This document shows, one piece after another, positions 28,111 through 41,175 of a DNA stretch of 64,000 nt. Both the position numbers and the translations under genes were made by a program. Positions within the stretch are counted from its first letter, which is position 1, and every line of letters begins with the position of its first letter. Source of the stretch: Lama guanicoe (taxonomy: Eukaryota); contig MU054187.1 of the NCBI GenBank assembly GCA_013239625.1, forward strand, positions 12,928,974 to 12,992,973. Reading direction: 5' to 3'. The notes beneath the pieces are model-generated. The model saw nothing but the letters and a program-made list of their open reading frames with translations. It made no database searches and had not been told where the DNA came from.

Positions 28111-28339
28111 CACCAGAGTGCAAGATTTTACTTTACCTTAATCCAGTCTGCTAGATCTGACAGAACCAAAGAGCTGATCATGATAAAATACCCCTTAATT
28201 TAATCAGTGTAACCCCATATGCATATATACCACTACTGAGTTAGCCTGAGTCATCTGGGCTACTAGAGTATTTCTCCCAGTATTGTGAAATCCTAAAATG
28301 AAGTTATAGTAGTTAAATTGGAATAACTCATCATCAGAT

Positions 28340-29584
28340 CTTATAATTTAAAGTTCAAAAGATCTTGGAGGAAGAGTTAGGTAAAATACTCCCAAATAAC
28401 TAAAATACATACACTCTCATCCAGGATTCTAAAAATTTCTAATAGCTGTAAGATTGATATAAAGAAAAGTCACTGTTAGTCATTAAGGATAGTTCCTTAT
28501 AATTTAAAGTTCAAAAGATCTTGGAGGAAGAGTTAGGTAAAATACTCCCAAATAACTAAAATACATACACTCTCATCCAGGATTCTAAAAATTTCTAATA
28601 GCTGTAAGATTGATATAAAGAAAAGTCACTGTTAGTCATTAAGGATAGTTCCTTATAATTTAAAGTTCAAAAGATCTTGGAGGAAGAGTTAGGTAAAATA
28701 CTCCCAAATAACTAAAATACATACACTCTCATCCAGGATTCTAAAAATTTCTAATAGCTGTAAGATTGATATAAAGAAAAGTCACTGTTAGTCATTAAGG
28801 ATAGTTCCTTATAATTTAAAGTTCAAAAGATCTTGGAGGAAGAGTTAGGTAAAATACTCCCAAATAACTAAAATACATACACTCTCATCCAGGATTCTAA
28901 AAATTTCTAATAGCTGTAAGATTGATATAAAGAAAAGTCACTGTTAGTCATTAAGGATAGTTCCTTATAATTTAAAGTTCAAAAGATCTTGGAGGAAGAG
29001 TTAGGTAAAATACTCCCAAATAACTAAAATACATACACTCTCATCCAGGATTCTAAAAATTTCTAATAGCTGTAAGATTGATATAAAGAAAAGTCACTGT
29101 TAGTCATTAAGGATAGTTCCTTATAATTTAAAGTTCAAAAGATCTTGGAGGAAGAGTTAGGTAAAATACTCCCAAATAACTAAAATACATACACTCTCAT
29201 CCAGGATTCTAAAAATTTCTAATAGCTGTAAGATTGATATAAAGAAAAGTCACTGTTAGTCATTAAGGATAGTTCCTTATAATTTAAAGTTCAAAAGATC
29301 TTGGAGGAAGAGTTAGGTAAAATACTCCCAAATAACTAAAATACATACACTCTCATCCAGGATTCTAAAAATTTCTAATAGCTGTAAGATTGATATAAAG
29401 AAAAGTCACTGTTAGTCATTAAGGATAGTTCCTTATAATTTAAAGTTCAAAAGATCTTGGAGGAAGAGTTAGGTAAAATACTCCCAAATAACTAAAATAC
29501 ATACACTCTCATCCAGGATTCTAAAAATTTCTAATAGCTGTAAGATTGATATAAAGAAAAGTCACTGTTAGTCATTAAGGATAG
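28340..29584. repeat. Tandem array, 156-bp unit x 8 (last copy lacks the junction bases), AT-rich, intronic
   Basis: TTATAATTTAAAGTTCAAAAG recurs at 28341, 28497, 28653, 28809, 28965, 29121, 29277 and 29433. Printed lines 780 bp apart are identical. Confidence 0.98.
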
Positions 29585-31600
29585 CAAGAAGTTGGAAAAT
29601 TTGAAAAATAATTTCAGGTATTATAGAGTTTTTTATTTTTAAAAGGTATTTTAAAAAGTCAACAGACTTCAACTGGGCGCATAAATCATTTTATACTGGG
29701 GAAGCAATTTCCACAATGCAGTTAATATTTAAGAAATACAAATTAACTGGAATTTAATTATTTATCTAAATTTGACCATCAGGAGTCTACAGCACACTAT
29801 GTATCATTAATTATCATCATATTGGCAAGCTTCAAGTTAATAGCATCTTACCTGGTTTGCTATATGAAAATCATATTTTTAGATTATTCTAAAAATAAGT
29901 GAAGTGCCATTATGGAAATACTTGTATGAAATACTACAGAAATACAGCTCTAGAAATACCCATATCCGTTTCAGTCATGAAAAATGGGATCTCAAACCCC
30001 ATTCTGGAAAGGCCGTTCAACCAGGGGATACATAAAAACACAAACATTTTAATGCAACATCCCAGATGCAATGAAACAAATGACTAGGAAAGCAATGCTG
30101 TATTTGCTATATTTGGGGCTACACGTGACCTTATATCTTTTTTTTTTTAAATAAAGAGATTATTCCTCTTTCATTTCCACTCTTTATTCTAAAGCTATGC
30201 CTGTAACTCCAATAGCTAGTTAAGTCCTCTTAGGAAATTTCTGCTGCATAAACTTTTGATCAGAGAGGAGAGAAAGATAAAACTCATGCTCAAGTACAAT
30301 ACTTCTCGAACTTTCTGAGATGCAGCACCAGTTTTTTCTCCTAATCCTTCACAGACTGACAATTTAGCAAAATATAATAGTTATGTACTACTAAAAGAAT
30401 GAGATGAAAAAAGAAAAGACAGAGTACAAGTCCCACTTCTTAAAAGCAGTGTTTGAGTGCACCCACCTAGGATTGACCAGCGACCTCCTATAAAAGTGTC
30501 TAAACACTCAACTCATGATTTCTGTGCTCAGTTCATTGTGAAAGGTAACCAAGGGGCAGAACGTGGGCTCAGGCCACATGTAGGTAACTCTCTTCTCCAG
30601 AAGGCGCATCACCTGTTTCCTTCTGACCATTATGATCCACTTCTCCTCAAGGACACCTGGATGCCCAGGGTGGGGAGAGTGGGACCTACCATGACGTCTG
30701 TTTCCCTTGTAACTCTCCCAACACTCTGCAACCGCACAACTTATTTGTCTGCTCGTCTGTTGTCTCTCTCCTTGACACAAATGAAAGCTTTTCATCACTA
30801 AAGCCTAAGACTATTCAATTTTTTAATGAAGTCTCTTCATCACATCTTGTTCTTTGTATCTTTTTCCTCAACTGATATTTAGCACGTGGGGAAACAGTTC
30901 TTTTTCAGGGGAGCTTTCAAGTTTTGGAACCAAGGGCGTAAGTCATATCTTTTAACAATAAATACTATCTGTTGTAAGACAGTTTTAATTTTGTAGCCAT
31001 CAAATAAATCAAAACATTATAATTCAGGCCTTTTTATACCAAAGGCAAAAACAAACATATGAAAGGATTAATGGATCTGGTCCCAGAAAACTTTAGTTTC
31101 CGGGGCAGGAAAAAAAAAAAAGCTCTTAAAAATGATAAGTTGGAAATATACCTATAAAATATTACCAAAGTTTAAGAAACATAAGAAAATATAAGACAAA
31201 GATGAATATGACCACGAAAGAAAAAAAAATGGTTTATCTTGTCAATTTTCAGAAAATGAACATGAAAACAACAAAATCTTGAATGTTCCAAAATGACAAT
31301 TCTTAAAGTAAAATATTTAATGTTTGCTCTAAATCACAACTCCTTCCTTGTGTAAATATATAACAGATCTTTAAAAGAGTTTAAAACCTCTACCTCGCAA
31401 TTTCATACTTTACTCAAAGGAAATAATTAAGGATGTACACAAGATATTTGCAGCATTGCTCTAGTGTCTAATAATAGGGGGGCTAGCTAAATAAGGTACA
31501 GCAACGAAACCTTGCAGCCATTAAAATGATGCTGTAGAATAAAATTTACTGCTGTGAAAAGATGTTTACAACATATTTGTTACTAAAAGTAGAAGGTTGC

Positions 31601-32160
31601 TAAGTGCTCATCAACAGAAGAATGGATAAGATGTGAGATTTTATATATATATATATATATATATATACACGTACATATATATATACACACACACACATAC
31701 ATACACAAAATGGAATATTACTTAGCCATAGAAATTTTGCCATTTGCAACAACGTGGATGAACTTGGAGGGTATTATGCTAAGTGAAATACATCAGACAG
31801 AGGAAGACAAATACCGTATGACATCACTTACATGTGGAATTCAAAAAGTAAAACAAAGTAGTGAACACAACAAAAAAGAAACAGACTCACAGATAAAGAG
31901 AACAAACTAGTGGTTACTAGTGGGGAGAGGAAAGGTGGGAGGGACAAGATAGAGGCAGAGGATTAAGAGGTACAAACTACTACATATAAAATAAATAAGC
32001 TACAAGCTACATACAACACAGGGAACATAGCCAGTATTTTGTAGTAACTACAAATAAATATAACTTTTAAAAAATGTGAATCACCATGCTGTACATCAAT
32101 AACTTATGTGATACTGTACATCAATTATACTTCAATAAAAAAGTAATTTTTTTTAAAAAA
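31601..32160 (+). mobile_element. L1 3' end (ORF2 C-terminus plus 3'UTR) with internal (TA)n/(CA)n
   Basis: ORF 31710..31910 (MEYYLAIEILPFATTWMNLEGIMLSEI) resembles the L1 ORF2 terminus; AATAAAA near 32134. Confidence 0.88.
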
Positions 32161-33140
32161 AGCAGGTTGTAACACTGTATTATACAATATAATCCCATAG
32201 TGCATATATCTAAGTGCTAACAAAAGTATATGATATTTGATTATAATTATTCTTGCTTCTTTGTATTTTCTAATTTATCTGCAATAGACAATATTTTTAA
32301 TGCAATAAAGAATAAGATAAAAGATATAGAAAAGGATTAAAAACTATAAAAAGAATCTCTTCAATCAAAAAGTACTGATCAGGGCTTTAATTCAACTATA
32401 GCTCGGCACTATTAAGAGGATGAATATGATTTGTTAAACTCATTTGTAGCAAAAACCAGATACTAGAAGAATGTCTAAGCTATGTGAGAACAATTTTCAA
32501 GTACTTCACAGACACATCTGCATGGTAAATAACCCGCTAATTATAGTAACATGTATTCTTGAAACAGCTTTGACAATGCAAACTTTCAACTGCCCCTCCA
32601 TATGCTTTGCACTTACATTATGTTTTGTCTATAGTTTCAAAATCAGAATCCAGGGACCGGTCCTTGGAAGCAATATCTTAAAGATGCACTCAGTGGCTGT
32701 CGATTTGATCCCCTGGTCCTGGGTAGATCACTTAGTCAACACATATCATATACTCTATTTCTAGAGCTGTGATCATGACAATGAAGAGAACATAGCCCTT
32801 TTAGAAAGGCTGACACCAAGTGCCAGTTTTTAGCATATATCACACCACAACCCTTACATCACTTTTTTTTTCCATTCGTTTCTTAACTGATAGAAGCAAA
32901 GGCAGAAAACTTCGACTTCACAAAGAATTTTTGAGCCTTTTGAAAAAGAGACTTAGTGATCATCCAATGTTTTCCCTAGAAATCCAGGCCCAGAGAGTAG
33001 GTAAGTGTAGAGCCAAATTAGAACCAGGCATCTTGCCTCAAAGCCCAATCCACCTTCACCATCATCCACTACTTATACCATCAGGCTCTACTTTAGAAAG
33101 TAACTACTGTCACACAGGGTTAACGAGAAGAGCAATGTCA

Positions 33141-33365
<225 letters not shown>

Positions 33366-36300
33366 CTATTCAGTCACAAACGCTTCCCAATATGATCTCA
33401 ATAACCAAGGGTATATATGCTTACAGTGAAATACCCTTAACTATCACGTCAATGGAAAAAAAAAACAGGATTATTACAGATTTGGATTCCTATCCCCATT
33501 GTTCTTCCATATTGTTTTTCTGAATTCCATTTTCTCTAAAATTTAACTCCAGTGATATCATTTCTACACTTGGCTATGTTGTTTTAGAAGAGTTTAAGAT
33601 CATCTTCAGAGTGAAGAAATGGCCATAATAAATTTGAACTAAATTATTCTAAATGTTGCTATGTTGATTAACATCAGAATCAAAATTTTTAAAAAGTGAT
33701 TAATTAGAGTCTGTAGCCTCACAGAATTTTTGTTTCTTTTTTTTTTCCTTTACTCTTTCTACCACAAAGCTGATTTTAGTACACAACTCACTTTGAAGTC
33801 AGAGGTAGCAATACTGGGCAGAGAACTAAGCAACCAGGGGAAACCTTCTACCAAATATCCAGATCCTACCAGGAAGAAGGCACGGGGGAAGCAGAATAGT
33901 AAAAACTCAATCCTGTAGAACAGCATAGTGATTTATCAACAGCACAGTGAGTTTGACCAGTAGTCCCCCTTTTGTCCCTTGTAGTTGCACATATTTATTC
34001 AAATATAATTATTTCAAGTGTAACCTAAAGTACACTTTTTTTAAAATCATATCTCAATACAAAAACAGTGTATTTGTAGCCTCCAAACACTTCCCAAAAC
34101 GACAGACAGGCTGACATCCTAATTTCAGGGGCTGGGTTTGGCAGTATGGCTGTACAGGGCTCAGCCCTGGATCATAATTAAAGACAGTCATGAAAGTTAA
34201 TAATTGTCCTTAATTCCCACAGAGGGAGGGGATGAAAATTCCTGCCAAGAGAATTCACATTTTTGAATAACTTTACTTTGCACTTTAGATAAATAATATC
34301 TTTGAGATCTAGAATACACAGTAGTCTCACTGTTTATTTCCATTTTAGGGGAATTTCATGAGTAGAATGAAGTTAGGTAACTTTCCTAAGGCAGTGGAAG
34401 AATCTGACTCTTGGCCGAGACAGCCTACTCTAATTCCTGGAGTAGCTCTAAAAAATAACCTCATAACAGCCTTAGCATTTAAGTCTTCACATAAACTTAG
34501 CATTTTAAAAATGTGACTTTCTCTGTACAGGCAATCCCAAAGCAGTGAATAACCAAGACTTATAAATGGTCCCTGGAAAAGCACGTGCCCAAGACAGGTG
34601 GCTTAATGGCTCTAAAAGCTCCCTTCCTTCCTATGTTGTCACAGCAGCAATTTTCCCCCTTCTCTCTCCATCTGAGGTTACGATGATCTGCTCCCCATCT
34701 ACACCTGTCTCACCTTTGTTTTTAGCTTGGAGGTTCAGAATGGGAATCTTTTGTGACAAGAACAGGTAAGGAAGAGCAGGAAGAGGCAGAAAATGCCCAC
34801 AGCCACACCTATCTCCATGGCTTCTCTCCACAAGCTGGAAAACTCATCTCGTCAGTCAACTCCATGGAGACCCAGTGAAAAATGGTATGAGCTCTTCTTC
34901 CCCACTGACCTATTATTCCATGCACTGGCCCAAGAAAAATAGGCTGCCTAGTCAGAAGCACTGGGGGCATCTTCCTATCCTCAAGGCACAAAAAAGAAAA
35001 GAAAGGAGGTGATCAGGAAAACACTCAGCACTGGGGATTATTCCTGGGAGACTGTAAACCTGGAAGGCCCTGGGGCCAAAGCCCTTTACCTGGAGCCTTA
35101 CTCTCACCACCTCCCCGACCCCCACCTACCACACTAAAATCTCCATCCTCACTCTGCTCTTCCGAGTCTAACCTCAGAACCTCTGCTCATCTCACGCTGC
35201 TGGAACAACTATTTGAGACAACAGGGACATTTGTTGATGGTTTAGAACTAGAGGAGTCCCTGCACCACTAGCAAAGCCCGGAGACTGGCAAAGCGCCCGG
35301 CCGTGACTGAATGGGGAGGAGAAAGAACAGGAGAGTTGTGTGACTGGCAGCCAAGGCAGTAACAGGAATGGTACCTTCCTCTGGCAGCACTGGTAGGTCT
35401 GGCAGTACTCGAGTATTGTTTGTATTGGAAAATACATTTACACTTCAGATAGTCAGCTTACAAAGAATTTTGAGAATATAAATTGGAGACTGCCTTAACT
35501 CACATTAAAGAATTGAAGCTACAGAACTCGAATCATGGAACCCACCTCCTTTTTTAACACAAAAATTGTTTAAAAGTAAATTACAGGCAAATTTGATCGA
35601 TATTTAGTATTTTGAGAAACCTGAATAAAATTTACAGAAATGAAAAGAGAATTCTAGAAAGTCCATTTTATGACTGTTTTTAAAGGCTGGCTGAAAAACC
35701 TCTAGCTAGATCACATTTGGTTGTAATAGTTTAAAAGTAAGATGATAATAGGTAAAATCACATATAGTTTACATTTTAATTTCTATATATTTTATAAGAA
35801 ATTTATATATGGTCAATTTGGTCTAGGGTAAAGACAGAGTAAAAAGCCAAAAAACAAAACAAAACAAAAACAAACAAAAAAACCCACTTACTTTCTAATG
35901 GTTAAGGAAATACTTAAAGAAGAACATTATTTCTTTCGATATACTGAGAAAAGATTATTACAAGAAAACAGGAGCAGCAGAAACACAATTAGAATATTGA
36001 TCACAAAATATTCTATATCTTTTCTATCAGTCTTTGCTTACAAACTTTCTTGTATTTTTTTCCTTGATTACTAGGTTTTATTTATTTCTCAACAAAATGC
36101 CAACAATCCATATTTTTCTATTCCAATGAGTTGCAATTTGTTTAAAATTAGCACTGCAATTCAATTGAAGAGGAAGTATTTGGGAATCCTAAGATTTTAA
36201 AAAATTAAACTTTGAGGTTTTGCTGGATTTATTTTTAATTTACAGATATTGACCTTGTCACAATGGAGTTAAATTACTCTGAGATAAAGATCATCTCCAG

Positions 36301-36887
36301 GTGGGAAGCAACAAACAGGGATATAAGTTTTAAATGTTTCCTGATTTACCTCTTTAAAGTGCAGCCCAAGCTGTGATACATAAATCACTTTTCCTAATGG
36401 TTGATAACACGGAAATTTAATGACACAACTCCCCTCAACAACCTCCCTCAAGTTTAGAGTGACGGTTGGTTGAAAATTCTGCTTGGATCTCTCTAATTAC
36501 AGTTAGGCATCTAATAAACAGGAAATGAATCTTTACGCCAAAAGACTTCCTTCGCAGACGTTTTATCGGAAATATATATTGAAATATTTTGGATTCCAGA
36601 GCCAAGTGTTCAAATGGCCAATTAAGAATGGAGATACAAAAGGAAAAAACCAAGAGCAGGAAGGCATGTGAACCATGCCATCTATCTGCCACCTCTGACT
36701 TCAAGATAAGTAGCCACCAGTTCTTATGATGCTCATTAGAAACAATCATATTAAGAATTTGGACACAAAAGGTGATGATCCTCCCAAAGGTGGCCCAAGA
36801 GGACAGTCTTTAAGTACCACCCAGGTGAAACTTTCGCACGTACAGGCATGCCCACTGGACAACGTCATCGCTAAAGTGGCAGGATTA

Positions 36888-37157
<270 letters not shown>

Positions 37158-37354
37158 TCAGGTATAATATACAAAGTACTGAAACCCTTCAGTGTCTCTC
37201 CTTAGGCGATGCTTCAAATAAATCTACATACATACATTTAAATCTTTATGAAACACACTCTAAATTAAGATGTAACGTGTGGGCACAAGCCATGACTTGA
37301 CATAAGGTAAAAAGCTACTTGGAAAAGTTACTTATTAAGAGAAAATACATCTTA

Positions 37355-37564
<210 letters not shown>

Positions 37565-39479
37565 TTAAACTAAATTAAGGAACCTAGAGGAACTGATTAA
37601 GTGATTCTAATTTTAAATCAACTCTAAGAGAACATAGTCACAATCTTCTTAAATACCTGTCAGCATGCTGTGAGGATTTTTTCAGGGGCAATATTTTAAG
37701 AGCACAAGGAATCCTGACTACTGTTTGGAATGACACACTGAAAGGGGAGGGATGAACTTGAACAGCAGGGCTGGGCAGAACTGGAAGGTCATCTGGTCTG
37801 TTGTGTGTACGCCAGGGGACACACACACCTGCGACTGTGTTACCAAGAAACACGGCCTAATCTTCTCTTGGGGGAGGAGAAATAGGACAGATCCTCATTT
37901 GCCTGCGCTGATTCAGCAACTTTTTTTTTTTTTAATAAAAATGCATTCCTATAATTATCTTAAACTTCTCAAGTTGCAAGCTAAGCCTGTTTTCTTCTTG
38001 TGTGGAGGTGGATGGTCCTTTGCCTTTCAGTTATACGTGCTCAGCTTCAACGTCCAAGTAAAAAAAGTTTTTTTTTTAAAGAGATTATTTAAGTATTCAA
38101 GTAGAATTTCATTTCTTTTTAATTGCATATACTTGATTCAGTATATCTCAGAAATGCCCTAAACTCTATCAAATATTCTGACACTCTTTCCAAACCAAAG
38201 AAGCAAAAAACCCATTTTTTTGCTAACATAAGACCTTAAAGTGGTACTTCTCAGCTTCTTTCACTGCAAATATGTGCTAAGCACTATGTACATGAATATC
38301 CACATATATTTACATATATTTATTTGCATGTGTTTACATAAATTTACATGTTTACATATGTATATATTTCCCCTTTCCCTCCAAATTCTTCCTATTCTTT
38401 TCCTGGCTAAAAACGCATATGCTTTGGGTACAATTACTGTAAGATATAATGTTTATTTTCTTCTGTTAATAACCACCGTCTGCAGAGGCTCTATTATTTA
38501 TTCATCATATTCTACATTAAGACCCTTCCTAAGCTTCCATGGACTCCAGGTTTTATACATTCCCATGACATCACATCAGTACAGTTATGCTTTTCAAATG
38601 TAATTTTCTAGCTTGCATTTGGGAGAACAGGGTGGATTTGGGCTCGAATCTCAAAAATCTCTGACTAATCCCTTCCTGGTAAAGTGAACAAACTTCACTC
38701 AGGGACAAGAGAATAGACGGGGATCAGAGCTACTCTCGCGAGCTGCCGGACTTCAACCATCCGGCTGTCGGTCGGGCAGAGATGAAGACCATATTAATAA
38801 GCGAGGGCAGGGAAGCTCAGCTGGTGTCCCCTGTCTCTTGGCACGTGTTGGGTCACTACTCTGTTCCAGACACCGAGCGAGATGCTACAGATGCAATATG
38901 CAGACAAATTCTGTCTGCCACACATGGGGAGGCCAACACACGAGTAGCCACGGGAGGATTAGCTAAATACTGCAATTTATAGAAAGGAGGGATTAGTGAG
39001 CAAACACTTGGACCACAAGCACCGCCACTTGCCCCGGTCATGTGCGACTACAACCTTCCTACCCCCCTTCTTCTTGGCCTGCAAAGGGCAAGGACAGAGT
39101 AGATTTATCTAGCGGAGTTGCTGGAGGGATAATATATTCCCTGGATAATCACAGTTAGAAAATTTTTTTTTTTAATGAAATGAACAACACAAATGTGTCC
39201 TATGACACAAAAACCCCAAAGCCATCCAATGATGAGAGCTGCAGAAATCCCTGATTCTTTCCTGGCTCTATCCCTGTGTTATTCCAACTGTGGGTCATGA
39301 CCCATGAAAAGAGCATAAACTCAACTTAATAGGTTCTGCTCCACAATGTTTTACAAATAGAATAACAGAATGGAAGACGTCAGGGTTGTTACACAGAGTA
39401 AGGTAGGTTCTGCAAAGCTTGGATTTAGCCCATATGCATCATATATATGTGCACGCATGAAGAAAGACCTGGGAGGCTG

Positions 39480-39710
39480 CAGAGTGTGGTAATTAAGCAC
39501 AGGTTCTGGAATCAGAATTTACTTTCAGCTCGGATTCAAGAGCCAACTCTTCTGTGCGGTCTGAGTCAAGTTACCTGATCCCTCTAAGCCTGGATATGTT
39601 CTCATGAGAAATGATGTTAGTAACACTGCCCACAGCTACAGGGTTGTTGTGAGGACTAAAGGAACTAATGACACGAAGTGAATAACACAGTGTTTATGTA
39701 AGAGGTGTTT
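39480..39710 (+). mobile_element. MIR SINE relic
   Basis: GGTTCTGGAATCAGA...CAAGTTACCTGATCCCTCTAAGCCT...CAGGGTTGTTGTGAGGACTAAA. Confidence 0.68.
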
Positions 39711-40019
39711 ATTATCTCAGATGCACACTTTGTCCCCGTATCTGCTCTTCCTTCAGTATGTTTAATTCTACTCAATGGACAGCATCACCACCCTTCCAGC
39801 AAAATGCTTAGAAACAGGATTCTTTGTCCCCATTTTACATATGGGGATAGAAATTAAGTAACACATTCAAGCAAATAAAAAGGAAAGCTGGTATCTGAAC
39901 CCACATCTGCCTACTCTTTCCACCAAAACATAAAATCTCCTGACCTCCTTCATAGAAACTGGAAACCAGAAACCTTAAAATCATCTCATTTCGCCCCCGC
40001 CTCCCCCGTTACACGATCC

Positions 40020-41175
40020 TCAAGTCACCTGTCCTCACCCAGAAGTGCCTGTTGAGTAGCCTGTACTCTCTATGCCTTCTCTCCTGTCCCAGGTCAGGTC
40101 CCCACCATGTCTCACCTGGACTAGAGCAACAGCCATCCAGCCACTTTCCCTGCATCCCACCCACTGCCCATCGACTCTCACAACTGCCACCACAGTGGCC
40201 TTTCTTACACGGAAACCTCTTCGTGTCCATCCTCCAGTTTACAATTCTTGACTGCTCTCACATTATCCCTAGAAAACAAAATGTCAACCCCTGTGGCAGC
40301 GTACACAAAGATATTCCAGCGTCCACCCTCTGTGAAAGTCAATAAAATTCTCAGCATTGGCAAGTGCTCAGCTCGCCCCTGCCCTGGGCTCCTGTCTCAC
40401 TCGCGTCAACATCATTCCACTGCACACGTGGGTCAAAAGTCTAAAAGGAAGTTTGGATTCTTCTCTTTCCCCCTTACTCTTACATCCTAGGTCCAGTCAG
40501 CTCTCTCTTCAAAATACAGGCTAAATCTGACAACTTCTCACTCCCACGTCTGTCACTCTGCTCCGTCACCCGCATGTGGCCATCAGAGAGGGTGGTTAGG
40601 GCATGACCCCTTGACCTCGGTTCCTCCCCCACCCCAGCCCGTTCCCCTAACAGAATCCTGCCTCGGTGGCTCTTCTGGGAAAGACGTGGGCTAACACAGT
40701 CCCCTCTCTTTGGAACCAGGGAAACACTGGTCCCCCTGCTTCTACTGACTGTAGAGAACTTTCCACACAACAAACAGTGATCTCTTCAAAACATACATGA
40801 ATCCTTCCACACCCCCATTCCCTTGGCCTCAACTCCAAGCCCTGTTATCCTATTACATTTAGATGAACCCAAACTTATTCCCTCACTTCCCTAAGATCTC
40901 CGCTCAGATGCCCTCTCCTCAGAGAGGCCTTCTCTCTAAAAGACCCCCCCTCCACTCTTCACCATAGTCTTTGATCTGCTTTCGTTTTCTTCCGAGCACT
41001 TCTTACTGTGTGTTTACCTACATTACCACTTACCTAGTCATCATCTGTCTCTCCCACAAGAATGGAGTTTCAGGAAAGCAGGGATCCTGTCTACTTTTCA
41101 CTGCTAAGTTCCCACTGCCCAGAACATAGCCTGGCATACAGTAGGTGCTCAATACATAGCATGAAAGAATGTATG
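40020..41175 (+). mobile_element. L2 LINE relic(s)
   Basis: Pyrimidine-rich, ending CCCAGAACATAGCCTGGCATACAGTAGGTGCTCAATACAT...ATGAA, the characteristic L2 3' end; internal extent uncertain. Confidence 0.65.

Noticed and set aside
28340..29584. Tandem array as a CRISPR array or a coding repeat (156 = 52 x 3)
   Set aside because: Units are identical with no unique spacers, there are no cas genes, the context is mammalian intron, and the ORF track shows no ORF over it.
35616..35624. GAAACCTGA, a perfect MEF3/SIX1 site suggesting SIX-EYA autoregulation
   Set aside because: A single 9-mer is expected roughly 0.5 times by chance in 64 kb on two strands; no clustering.
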